Positions 1 through 11,800 of a stretch of 64,000 nt of DNA are shown piece by piece (the first letter of the stretch is position 1; each line of letters opens with the position of its first letter). The notes under the pieces were generated by a model, which saw only the letters and a program-made list of their open reading frames with translations, did not search any database and was not told where the DNA came from. The stretch is from NCBI GenBank assembly GCA_964187785.1, contig OZ076409.1:57538001-57602000 (forward strand), read 5' to 3'. Both the position numbers and the translations under genes were made by a program. The stretch comes from Amphiscolops sp. MND2022. Lineage: Eukaryota.

Positions 1-166
1 CACTGTTGAATTATCCCATCAAGAGCGTTAACCTTTTTAGAATTTTGGACAACAGTTTCTCAACAATAGAAACATTTTGTCTTCAATTCAATGTTTTCAA
101 ATCTATTTTTTGTAAGACTTCGCTAGAAATCATGATAGAAAAACACTTTTCAGAAGAAAATGTTTA

Positions 167-584
167 AACAAGACGGGAACGTCTAAAGTCGGCGCTATAT
201 CTAAAGCTCAAAAGGCGCAAAGTTTTTAAAATTGTAAAAGGGGGACCCTTTAGACTTTTTCAAATCCAGTTTGCTGCAAAATATCAAAAAACTTGAAGGG
301 GGGGACCGTTTGGCGACAAAAAAATTCGAAAAAAAGTAGCACAGTGCCGAAAAAAATTCAAAGGGGGGACCCTGTAGTCCCGTCCGGTTTTGTATCTTAG
401 GTTAAAAATTGAGTACATGAAAGGGGCAACCCTTTGCACTAACTTAGATGCGATTCCGCTTGCCGGTCCAGTACTTTAGTAGTTCTGTAAAAAGTGTCTA
501 CTACGCATACATTCTGTGGTCTGACGAAAAAAACTTGCCACAGTAATAGTCGGGCTCATTTTGATAAAATGCGCCGACTAAAAA
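167..584. mobile_element. Helentron-associated non-autonomous element (HINE/DINE-1-like), family A
   Basis: Starts AACAA + hairpin GACG-GGAA-CGTC + subterminal repeat AGTCGGCGC. Internal GGGGGACCCTTT and CACAGTGCCGAAAAA repeats. Ends TAGTCGGGC...GCGCCGACTAAAAA. No TSD; A/T-run ends; more than 10 homologous copies in the window. Confidence 0.8.
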
Positions 585-782
585 CAGTCATACTAAAAGT
601 ATTTTCATGGGGGACTTTGCCAAGATTACGACCTGAGAGTCGTCTATCAAACTCATGATTTAGACAAACATTCACTCGAGGGACCCCTTTAAACATCGTT
701 CATGAAGAACAGGATACGAAGAGGCACTATAATTGTCCGGTCTCTCAAGTCTAAGTGAATGGAGCCTGAAGAGTAGACTAAC

Positions 783-950
783 CTGGATGTCACTGTTGTT
801 AAATGTCTGGTTGCCGCTGGTGAGCTGGAGGTAGAGCAGGGGTCGGTTGGGCACGTAGGTCGAGATCCACACCAGATACAGCAGCACAACCAGCAAGGTG
901 GCCGCCAACAACAGCGTCACCTCGTCTCCGAAGCCCTCGATCAGTGTCAT
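783..950 (-). CDS. TMUB1: Transmembrane and ubiquitin-like domain protein (TMUB1/2 family), first coding exon; gene continues left of the window
   Basis: MTLIEGFGDEVTLLLAATLLVVLLYLVWIST matches the TMUB N-terminus (MTLIEGVGDEV... plus TM helix). Acceptor TTTCCAG ends at 958; donor GTTAGT starts at 782. Confidence 0.85.
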
Positions 951-1270
951 GTCACATCTGGAAACACGGCACAAGATTCAACAGATGATACATTACGTTC
1001 ACATATTACACATATACAGATCTCCGGATTCAGCAACTAACAATGAGTTAAATGAACATTAACAACCTCTGTTCGAGACACTTCATGAAAATGGTACAAA
1101 ATAAAAATTCGGTCAATTTTCTACGAAACCACCTATTCTTCGTACACGAGCTATAACTCAGCCGAAAAAAAACTTGCATTTCAATAAGTTGGAATGAGCT
1201 AGAGTAACAAGCTCATCATGGGTGAAGATCAAGAAAAAAATGTCCAGAGATAACAGTGAAAATTTTGCAA

Positions 1271-1813
1271 TTTTTTAGTCGGCGCTTTTCGTAGAAAACG
1301 CAGACTATAGCAGTGACTTTTTTTTCAAGACCAACGAAGTGACAGATTTCATAAGCTTTATAAGCTGCGTCCACTAACTGCCACACTTGTAACTTCTACT
1401 GCCACTTGGCATAGAGGTTAATTAGGATAGTTTTTGATGTCTGCCAAGCAGACGGACGTGGGTTCGAGTCCCGCCCATGACAAAAAATTTTTTGTGCAAG
1501 TTTTTTTCGGCTTGGTGAGACTTTTCTCGCAAATTTGTTAAATGTCTCCAAAGGGCCCCCTTCATTTTTTCCCCTATTTTGCAAAAACATGGATGTTCAA
1601 AAACTCCCAAAGGCCCCCTTTTACATTTTTCGGCACTATGCGACTTACCGGAGACAAAAAAAAATATCGAAAAAAATTCAATAAAAATTCGAAATCTTTT
1701 TTCAATTTTTTCCTCACGCGGGTACTGTAGAAGAGAATACTTGACACATTGAAGTCCTTTTGCTATTTTTGAGCCTTAGATATGGCACCGACTTGGGCCG
1801 TTCCCGGCTTGTT
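1271..1813. mobile_element. HINE family A copy (opposite orientation) carrying a tRNA-like cassette
   Basis: TTTTAGTCGGCGC...GCACCGACTTGG-GCCGTTCCCGGC-TTGTT; near-identical to the reverse complement of 9301-9810. Confidence 0.8.
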
Positions 1814-1904
1814 GAATGTTTTCGTGGGTATGAATGTCGCACAGTGCCGAAACAGTAGGTCTTTTCCAGAGGTTTTGCGAAAACTCTCAGCAGTCCCACA
1901 TTAA

Positions 1905-2302
1905 CAGTGAATTGTACACGATACACGATTTTTTGCTTTTTTAATACACGAACCTACACGATAGACGATTTTTTGAAATATACACAAAATTGTCTCAATA
2001 TTTGAACTCTGGTCCCGTTTCGGTTGATCCATTTCCATTTTGGGAAGCAGAAAATGAGCCAGTATTGTTCAACAAATTGATCCTTAAAATTTTAGCCATT
2101 CCAGCAAGCTCGGGAGCATTCGAAAGGCTATTTTCTCATTGTAACATATGATGCGCAAATAGAAGAAACCGTATGTCGCCAAAAAACTTGGTTCAAATTG
2201 CAGTTTATAATGAGTGAATTGAAATTCAAACTTTCAAAGTTTTTATTTTTCAGAAAAATATACACGAATATCAAGAAATTGACGATACACGAAAATTCAC
2301 TG
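1905..2302 (+). mobile_element. Internally deleted hAT DNA transposon (dimerisation-domain remnant)
   Basis: TIR CAGTGAATT...AATTCACTG with ACACGA subterminal repeats. About 2022-2215 translates VDPFPFWE...LAIPASSGAFERLFS...NRRNRMSP (hAT C-terminal motif) with a stop. TSD decayed. Confidence 0.75.
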
Positions 2303-2876
2303 TACAGGACCTAAAAATAATCAAAGATCACACTTAGGACTGTAAAAAGCGCTGTTTAATAACGTTCAAACAGTTGGAAAAATGCGCGAAAACCGTCAAT
2401 GGAACTCTTTGCTCAACGGAAGGACAAAAACATCTCACTAGAGCAAGAGATAAAATTACTAACAAAGAGTAAGAGGAAAATTACTAACAAATAATTCATC
2501 ACTGTTGAATGGCATGGAATCGCATTTTTCGAACTATGCAAATGGAATTTGACTTGAGTTTTCTCAAAGTTATACTGGTTATAAGTCAACAAGTCTCCAC
2601 TCAACATAGCACTGGAAAAAGGACAATTTTACTTGGAAACTGACACGCAACCTCAATTTACCTGCATGAAGTAAAAAAAGATAGACATAAAACTATCAAT
2701 TACTTTTTTCAAAGTCACCAGAGCTCTAATTACATCGAAAGAAATATTTTTGCATCAAAGCGGTTTGTTCACAACAAGCAGAAAACAAATAGACAACTTC
2801 CAAAGACTGTCTCATTATAAACTATCAGTAATAATGATAATAGTAAGATGAAAATAAACTATGCAGTCCGTTGCAA

Positions 2877-5800
2877 TTAATACATGTTGCTGTAGGGGTC
2901 ATGGGGAGGAGATTTGTAGGGGTTGGGGATGTTGCTGCTGTATCTGGCAGGTATGTTAGCAGAGGGTTGCATTGCAGAAGAGGCCTGTGGGAGTCTGTGG
3001 TGCTCATATGGGTTCATTCGTCCTCCGTTAATACCATTCATATGGGAGTTTGGGTTACTCTGGTTAGACCCAGAGCTCTGCGCGTTGAAGGATCCTGTCA
3101 TGGCTGTGGCCATCATTTTGGCCATAGCATTCAACATTTCTTGGCCGAATGTACCGGGGTCTATCGTTTGACCTGTAAACACGATGCCATGTTGGTTTCA
3201 ATTTATTGGACTGACATCGCAGGCATAATTGTTTTGACCAGGAACGCCCTGCGGCCATAACAGACGGTTTTAGTTAGAAACGAATGAGGTTTAAACAATC
3301 TGTTTTGGGAGTTCGTTTTTAACTTTGAAGAAAACTTTTAGAGCTTGTGAGTTTTTACGAAGGCTGAAATAATAAAGCAAATTTCAAGCCACCTTCAGGG
3401 GAACTTGGACCGATTTGTATAAGACGCCCGCTAAGCATGGGTATATGTTTCGCCCTGGAATGATCTAGCGACATAGTTTTCCGCATTTTTGATCTTTCGC
3501 GAATATTTTGGCAACGTTTCAATTTTTTCAATATTGAAACTTCTTCGCATATTCACATATTTGTCTCGTAACTAATTATGGTTTCTTTAGATTCTGCGAT
3601 GTGAGTTCGTAAAATTTAAAGTTTCACCATAATACAGATTTCTTAAGTAGGGCGGAAAAGTGCACTTTTTAAAAAATAATTTGGTAATCAAACTAATGTG
3701 ATATACCTGGGGGACTCATTGGTGCTTGATTCAAATAGTGAGGAGCCTGGTTTGAGTAATGGGGACTTTTGTTCATCTGACCGACACCACCAGCTGCGCC
3801 ATTGTAAGAGCAATTGAGCCCATTGCCAGTGGATGCTATCTGAGAGTAGCCATCATACGAGGGACTACCCGGACTATACTCTGTTTTCACGTTGGGGTAA
3901 TGATTGGTAGCCGCCATTGAAGGGTTATAGAACGAAGCCAACTTCGGTTGTGAATGGGCTGCTGAGTTTTGCTGCTGTTGTTGCTGCTTGTTTTTGTCCA
4001 TCGGATCAGCTGGTCGAACGACCACATGGATTTCCTGCAAAACGAAATGCCTTGATACGATTAAATAAATGTTAAAAAGTCTGAAACGGCCGAAGTCAGT
4101 GCCCCTCTTGCGGCTCGAATTCTTTGGGCGTGTTGCAAATTCCCCACGGAAGTATGCTCTCAGTTGCACAAAAGTTGATCTTTTAGGGTGAATCTGTGAT
4201 TTGTTAGTCATGTAAAAATGGGGCAGAAAAGAAACAGAAAACAAGAAGCATAAAATACTTTAAAATTCAAGACTTGTTTGACTTGATTAATCAACACTCA
4301 CAATTTGGGTTCAACTAAATTAAATTTCAATTTTGACCAACTTCACTAAAAAATCATGTTTTTAGTTTCAATATGCTAGTCAGCTACTCTTTTGATAACT
4401 CTTGCGCAAAAAAAGGAAAGGCCACTGCGACAAAACTTCTCGAACTCTTCAACCAGAACTGTTGCAATGATTAATAGAACATACCGACCATTTCAAACTT
4501 ACAGGCAAAACTAAGATAGAATTAAAAAAACAGTATCAGGGTCTAAATGAGCCATAAAAAATGCGGATCGCTTCTCAAGGAAAGCGGACAAGTTGTAAGA
4601 AGTGTGGCTTCACTAACTCGGATGTAGTGTGACTTTTCAGCAATGGCTCTGTCCGCCATGCAGCTCTCTTCGAAGGTGACGAAAGCAAACTGTTTGCGGC
4701 CCTGATCGTAGTATATCTCACTCACTGGCCCGAACTGTTCGAAGTGCTCCATGAGATCCTCTTTGGAGATCTTGTCCGTGAGTCTGCCCACAAACACTCG
4801 ACACAATTCTGGAGACTGGAAGACAGCACAGGCAACATTACACACCATTACACCATAAATATATATAAAAAATGAAAATTGTGATTTGTGAGTAGTTGAA
4901 ACTGCGATGTACAACTATTTCAGCCGTGACATCTAAATGTATTAAGTTTCAGCCATTTCAAATTCAAAGGACGAAATTTTCAACCTTGAAATTGCAATAA
5001 ACTGGTATTTTGGTTACTTTGAAACGGCAGAAAATCGCAAAATTTCGAAATGGCTCAAGACAATTTGCTAATTTTATTTCTAGATCTTAGTTTGAATATT
5101 ATAGTCAGAAAATGGTGTCTAGTTTTGTTGAAATTCTTGGAAGGAACTGTTCGAAATTACACAATTGGCATTCACCGCGATGGATTTTAAAAATGCTTAT
5201 GTTGACTATTTATAAAACTTCCAAAACGTCCGCCCGAAAAACCCGAGCTTAGTGGAGTAAGGTACCTCGGCAGAATTGGCGACTTGAGTACTATCTTTTT
5301 GTCACAAATTTGAAGCCAAAAAAGGCACGAAAAAGGCTTATGCATGAATAGTGAACACAAAAAGTGAACACTGAAGAAGAGACTTAAAAAATATTTTACA
5401 GAGAAGTTCATAAGTCAAGTCGATATACCGCAATATAGTCAAAAATGTTGGAGTGAGTATCGGTTTAAATAATTAATTTACAATAATTATCATTCTTACT
5501 TAAAATTTAAATGTTTAGAATATTCCCTCATATATGTAAAATCCTTTGTATTTTATCATAATGTGAAGAAATTCAGTGTTTTTCAAGTACTTTGGAAATT
5601 AGTATTCGGTAAGAACGATTCTACCCTATACAGTATCCTAAAGACAACATTTGAAGCACCGTACTTGTGAATTTGGTTTTTTAACTTGAACTTTTCTGCC
5701 ATCGATGACGAACGCAGCTCCATTGACTCGTTTCTGGTCGTCATAATTAACGAATCGGATAAAGCCGAAGCCACGAGAAAGTCCTTCTGTGTTCTTCATG

Positions 5801-8800
5801 ATCTAAACAATCAATAATGGGCCATAACAAAAATCACCCACTCAAATAGATCAATTATTGGTACATTTCAGGGCTGCTGTTTTGTAATCAATACCGCCGA
5901 CAGGTCGAGTAAGTAAGGACAAGACAAAACCATTCGCCGTCACCCCCAAACACTCGGTCAGGTCAGTTAAGGTGACTTGCTCACCCTTTGCGCCTCGATA
6001 TTCTTGATGTTCCGTCCTGAAAAATTAAAGATATGTTAATAACGCTTCAAAGAGAAACGACCCTTTTCGAATCTTAATGTCAATGCCAGCAAAAGCGTTC
6101 AGCTCTCAGATTTCAACAAATTATCAACATCCCTAAATATCAATCTTGAAAATTGGGCCCTGCGGGGCACAGTATTATTTCTGCTTTTTATGCTTTCATG
6201 TTCATTGATAGAAGCATATCTGGAAAACTAAACACTCCTGTTTAATCATTATACAGCGTACAATTAAACACTGTACCAGTTTACACCGCATTCAATTCTT
6301 CTCGGACCAAAGAAAATATACACTAGGGTACCAAAAAGCTAAATACACTCCATTTGGCCTACGAAATATTTCAAAACGAAATATCTTTTATTTTATTCAT
6401 TTTACAGAAAAATCACAGGAGCAAAAGTATCTCAAAATTTGATAAGAATTACAACGGTACTTTTTGTTTCCAAGTCGAATCGAAATTTCGAAAGGGACAC
6501 ATGCTGGTATGAGTACTTTTGGATTTTTTCGAACTTCACTATGCAATATCTCGAAACCTACTGATGAAATGAACAAGACGGGAACGTCTCAAGTCGGCGC
6601 TATATCTAAGGCTAAAAAAGCGCAAAACATTTTCTTGGAAAAAAACTTGAAATTTTCGAGAAAAAAAATTTCTTTCGGAAAATGTCGCACAGTGCGGAAA
6701 AATGTAAAAGGGGGGACCCTTTTTGATTTATGAACACGCATTCTGTAGCAAAATAAAAAACTCAAAGGGGGGACCATTTGGGAACATTAAAAAAATTTCG
6801 AAAAAAAGTCTCACAGTGCCGAAAAAAAATCGAAAGGGAGGACCCTTTAGTCCCGTCCGGGCTTGTAGGTAACGTTTAAAAAGTAAATGAATGCGCTCCC
6901 CGTTTGCCTTTACCGGTCCAGTAGTTTAGTACTGTATTTAGTAGTTGAACGTTAATTTTAACGTTCGTCGCTTCGAGTCTGACATAAATTTAAAAAAAAC
7001 GAGTGACTGTAATAGTCGGGCTCTTTTCTTAAGAAAAGCGCCGACTAAAAAGATCACCCGATTAATTTTGTAGCCTTGACACCGTTCTTTATTTTTATCT
7101 GTAACACTTTTTCTGAAAATTCCGTCAAAACAATATTTTCACGCAGTAAAAATTGAAGTTTTCATTTTGTGATCATTTTGCGGTGTCAATTCATAAGGAG
7201 GACATTTTCAGAAAAAGTGTTGCAGAAATTTCTTATGAACAGCGGTTGCCGAAATATTGCATACTAAATTTCAGAAATTGTCAAACGTCAAAAATAAGGT
7301 AAGTGTCATAACTTTTGTACATTTTGATTGAATGCAAAACAAAAATTACCCATGTAATGCTGATCAAAATTGAACATTTTGTTTCAGGGGTTTTTGTGCC
7401 AATTGAATATGTAACACGTTATTGCGATTTGATTTTTTCGTCAGCGAAATCTAGTGTATTTAGCTTTTTGTAACTACTAAGCGTATAAAAAGTTTCGTAT
7501 TCACATTTGAATGCAGACGAAGCTCTCGGCGAACGAATAATTAACATTCGTTCGCTTCATTTCTAAATCGGCGTACGAATGCGTAATTACCACTCGCTCG
7601 TTTCATCGCACGAGAAACGAATTTTCGTAGGCAGCTTGAGAAATTCAAATCTCACGCTTATACTCACTGCCGGACAAAATATGATTTTTTCAATAGGTAC
7701 TCGAATCGCGTACGAAAAATTGACTGAAAAAAAAGTTGCAAAGTTCAGATTTCAATATTATTCCTGCTATCGCCGAAATAATAATCAAGAATTAAAGGAA
7801 AATAGGGTTAAATTTTTCTATTATGTATCATATTTTAAATTATTCCTTTTGGAGTTGGAACAAAAATTGACGAAACTATTCATCACTTCAGTAATTGACC
7901 AAAAACGCCAATTTTAAAGCCTATAAGATCCAAGAATACTTGAGAGTATTTTTTTTCGCGTTCCAAGTTTATGTGCTTAAATCTTTTGAAAAGCAAACAT
8001 AGAACGCTTCAAATGCATTCACAGAGGACACAAACAATCAAAAATACGAGTTACCACATTTTAGAATTCAACTTGAAAATATTTAGAATTTTAGAATTCA
8101 ACTTAATTTAACGAGTTAAATTCATGACTTATTCATACTTAGGAACAACCTTACATATCCTCTACAAACCCCTTTGGCCCAATCCTTTACAACTTTGAAT
8201 AACGACGTCTCACAAGTAACAGTAACCCCCAACAGGCAGAAAACGCTGCATTTTGTCCGTGTTTCGGATATTTACACATTAGTTCCAAGTCTATAACCCG
8301 TTCAAAAAAACAGAAATCCGATAAAACCGCTTGTGAAAACCATCTCAGTTGAGAATCACAAGATCAGCGATTTTCTATTCATGCTGGAAACAGGACCTAG
8401 CAAAAGAGTGACTATGCAAGACTAATCAATATGGCTCTTTAGACACAAAACAATATTTACAGAAAATGAAAAGCAGTAATTCTACAGCTTGACAAACGAC
8501 CGCCTGATTATTCAACCGCCTGATTATTCAATTATTTGAGCTCGATATACAAGTCAAATAACTTTAGTCCGCCGAATTGAGTTATAAAAGAAAACAAGCC
8601 TTTATAAGTGAAAAAGCGCCCGCTTAAGGTTCAAAAAGAGAAAAGTATTTCAGAGCGTCGATGAAATTGGTCACTTCGACCGAATTGAAAAAAATGAATA
8701 AAAAATTTCAAGAGAAAAAACTACGAAAAAGGACTATATTAGTCGCGTTTTACTTCATAAAGCCCCGACTAAAAAGAAACGCAATGGCACTGTAATCTTT

Positions 8801-11800
8801 TCTGTTTGAAGCTCAAAAATAAATAGTCTGAACGATCGATAAACATCCCCCATTTTCGGGTCTTTTTTAGTCGGCACATTTTAGTAGAAAATGTGCCCGA
8901 CTCTTGCAGTGGGTAGTTTTTTTTAGACGCGTAAGGTCCACTTTTTTGTTCATTTGTTCAACAACTTGAACTATGGAGGTTCAAAACACTCGAACCTCAG
9001 AAGCGCGTCCAAAACGAAAAGACACTGTTCTGTTCAAAAATCACATTTTAAAAAATTTTTTGGAATTTTTTTAAAGTCAAAGGGTCCCCCTTTTACAATT
9101 TTGAGCCTTAGATATGGCGCCGACTTTGGCCGTTCTCGGCTTGTTATACATTAATTTTTAAAAAATTGCAGAAAAAAAAACGGATTAAGTACCAGGTGAA
9201 AAAGATTAAGAAGCATCACCGTGGCAATGATGATGCCAAAAATCCAAAGAAAAGCAATATCAGTTGCAGAAAGATTTTACCTAGAAACGGTCGAGAAACG
9301 AACAAGCCGGGAACGGCCCAAGTCGGCGCCATATATAAGGCTCAAAAATAGCAAAAGGACTTCAATGTGTCAAGTATTCTCTTCTACAGTACCCGCGTGA
9401 GGAAAAAATTGAAAAAAGATTTCGAATTTTTATTGAATTTTTTTCGATATTTTTTTTTGTCTCCGGTAAGTCGCATAGTGCCGAAAAATGTAAAAGGGGG
9501 CCTTTGGGAGTTTTTGAACATCCATGTTTTTGCAAAATAGGAAAAAATGAAGGGGGCCCTTTGGAGACATTTAAAAAATTTGCGAAAAAAAGTCTCACAA
9601 AGCCGAAAAAACCTGCACAAAAAAATTTTGGTCATGGGCGGGACTCGAACCCGTCCTTCTGCTTGGCAGACCTCAAAAAATTAGAAGCAGAAGAAGCTCA
9701 ATTAGTGTGGCAGTTAGTGGAAGCCAGCTTATAAAATCTGTCACTTCGTTGGTCTTAAAAAAAGTCACTGCTATAGTCTGCGTTTTCTACGAAAAGCGCC
9801 GACTAAAAAAGGTTGAGACATATCACTTAGAACAAAGCCTTTCACTTGTTGAGAAGTGCTAAATTTAGTTTCATTTCGCAGTTTGTGAAAATCGGGTTTA
9901 GAGGTGATCCGAGTGCTTCGAAGGCCCGCAAGATGAATATTCCAGTGACAAAGTTTGATGCTTAAAAATTGCGGCAAAATTCCGTTCTCTACAACAATAT
10001 CCTTAGATTACGATTAAACTTGAAATCTCTTTGATCGTTTTCTCTCAATGCTTAAGTCTTAAAATCTCTTAAATGATCAAGTAGAAACAAACAAAGCATG
10101 TGGTGATGGTATGAAAAACACAAATATTAAAAAAACTTACTTACATTTAGTAGCAGCAGAGAGCAGAAAGTCATCAGCAGCATTACAAAATCATCAGCAG
10201 AAACCAACTGACGACCCCGGGTTCGTTATTACGTCACTATATTACGTCATCAAGAATAATATAGGAACAGCAGATTGTTGTTGTGCAGGCATCGATCAGA
10301 AGAAATCATCATCATCATCATCACCATTAAAGTTATCGAGACAAAAGATCGAAGTGGAGGACAAAGGTAGAATAAGATGGTGATAATCAGCAAAGCATCA
10401 TCAACAGCAGAAAGTAACACAGACACAATAAGTACTACTGTCACTGAGCTTGGCAAAAAGCAAGAGGAGCAAAAAACAGTCAGAGGCAGGCCTAAACGGT
10501 GTTTTTATAACCAGTTTTAAGTTTCCAGCATCATGCATACACCATCAAAGTTAAACTAAGGTTGAAATTAACTTTATCAAGTTCTATACATGTACATAGG
10601 CTAAGGTCTTTCTCAAACGGATATCTCCAAATTATTTTTCAAAACTTATTCATAGAGAGAAAATTCAGGAACAAATGGACAAACAGTGTTGAAAAACTGA
10701 AGGAATGTCAAAAGAAGTAAAGTTTGTGGTATCATTTTCCAATTTCTGTTTGATCTACAAATCTCTCTCAATCATTTTTTCCGTTTCCTGTAAATAAGAC
10801 CGGTACCATCTGCAACGACGAAACCGGTAGAGATTCGCTTTGAAGAAAAATAATCAAAATATGACTTCATTCATTACTCAAAACCAATTTCGATAGTCGA
10901 AAACAATGCCGAGACGATACAAATATCATCGGTGCATTTTCAAGAGAAATTGAAGCTCCAAAGTTAATTTAAGTTTGATAGAAGGTTGCTCAGAAGACTT
11001 TGCAATTTCACGCAGAATTAGTTGAAATGGTTTGAATTGCGTTTATACACTCCCCGACAGCATACAGTTTATTCTAATTGCTTTAGAACCAAGTAAAATT
11101 TCCCCGTTTTCGGAGTTGAAACTTGTCGATTCTCAAGCATACCAATAAAGTATGATCTTCAATGGCCATTTCATGCTTCAATAGAATACTGTAGTCTGTT
11201 GAATATAATGTATCGAAACTAATGAAAGATTTTAAAAATTAGATGAAGCAATCCACGGTCATTATTGATGGGTTTGATTGGAAAACAGGAATTCAATCAA
11301 GGTTGATTCTGATGCCAAGAGATGATGCAATTAAAACTTGAACTTTACACTCGGGTAAAATTTGCATTCAAATATGTAGACAAAATAGACCATTACGGGT
11401 ATGGATGATTAGTAAAACCGCATGCAAGAAGTGGAAAAAACTGATTACCTTGAATTAATACTACCAAACTTCTGATCCTAATCAAAATAGCACTTCCAAT
11501 TTCTACACAGGGTAGGATCACTTCAAAATTATGCAAATTAGGATCATTCCCACTTTCGAAAACATGATATTTAGCTGGTACTCTATTTCAGCAGCAGCAA
11601 AAGTCACTAATAATCCAAGTTTTCACACTGCAGATCAGCCAAATTTCATCGTGTATAAGCCGCAATTAAAGTCCGGTGATGTCATTAAAAGAAGCTTCTG
11701 TTCAAATAAGGAAACTGTAATAAATCAGTCTACACAGGATGAAATTCGCAGATTGATCATAACTAAATCAGCATACTTGCAAAGACAAAGGTCAATAACA

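Noticed and set aside
1400..1481. Functional tRNA gene
   Set aside because: No proper acceptor, D or anticodon arm geometry, and it is embedded in a repeat; treated as a tRNA-like cassette instead.
10111..10456. Small ORFs with poly-Ser/poly-Met in TARDBP intron 2
   Set aside because: Products of the (TCA/TGA)n microsatellite; no coding signature.
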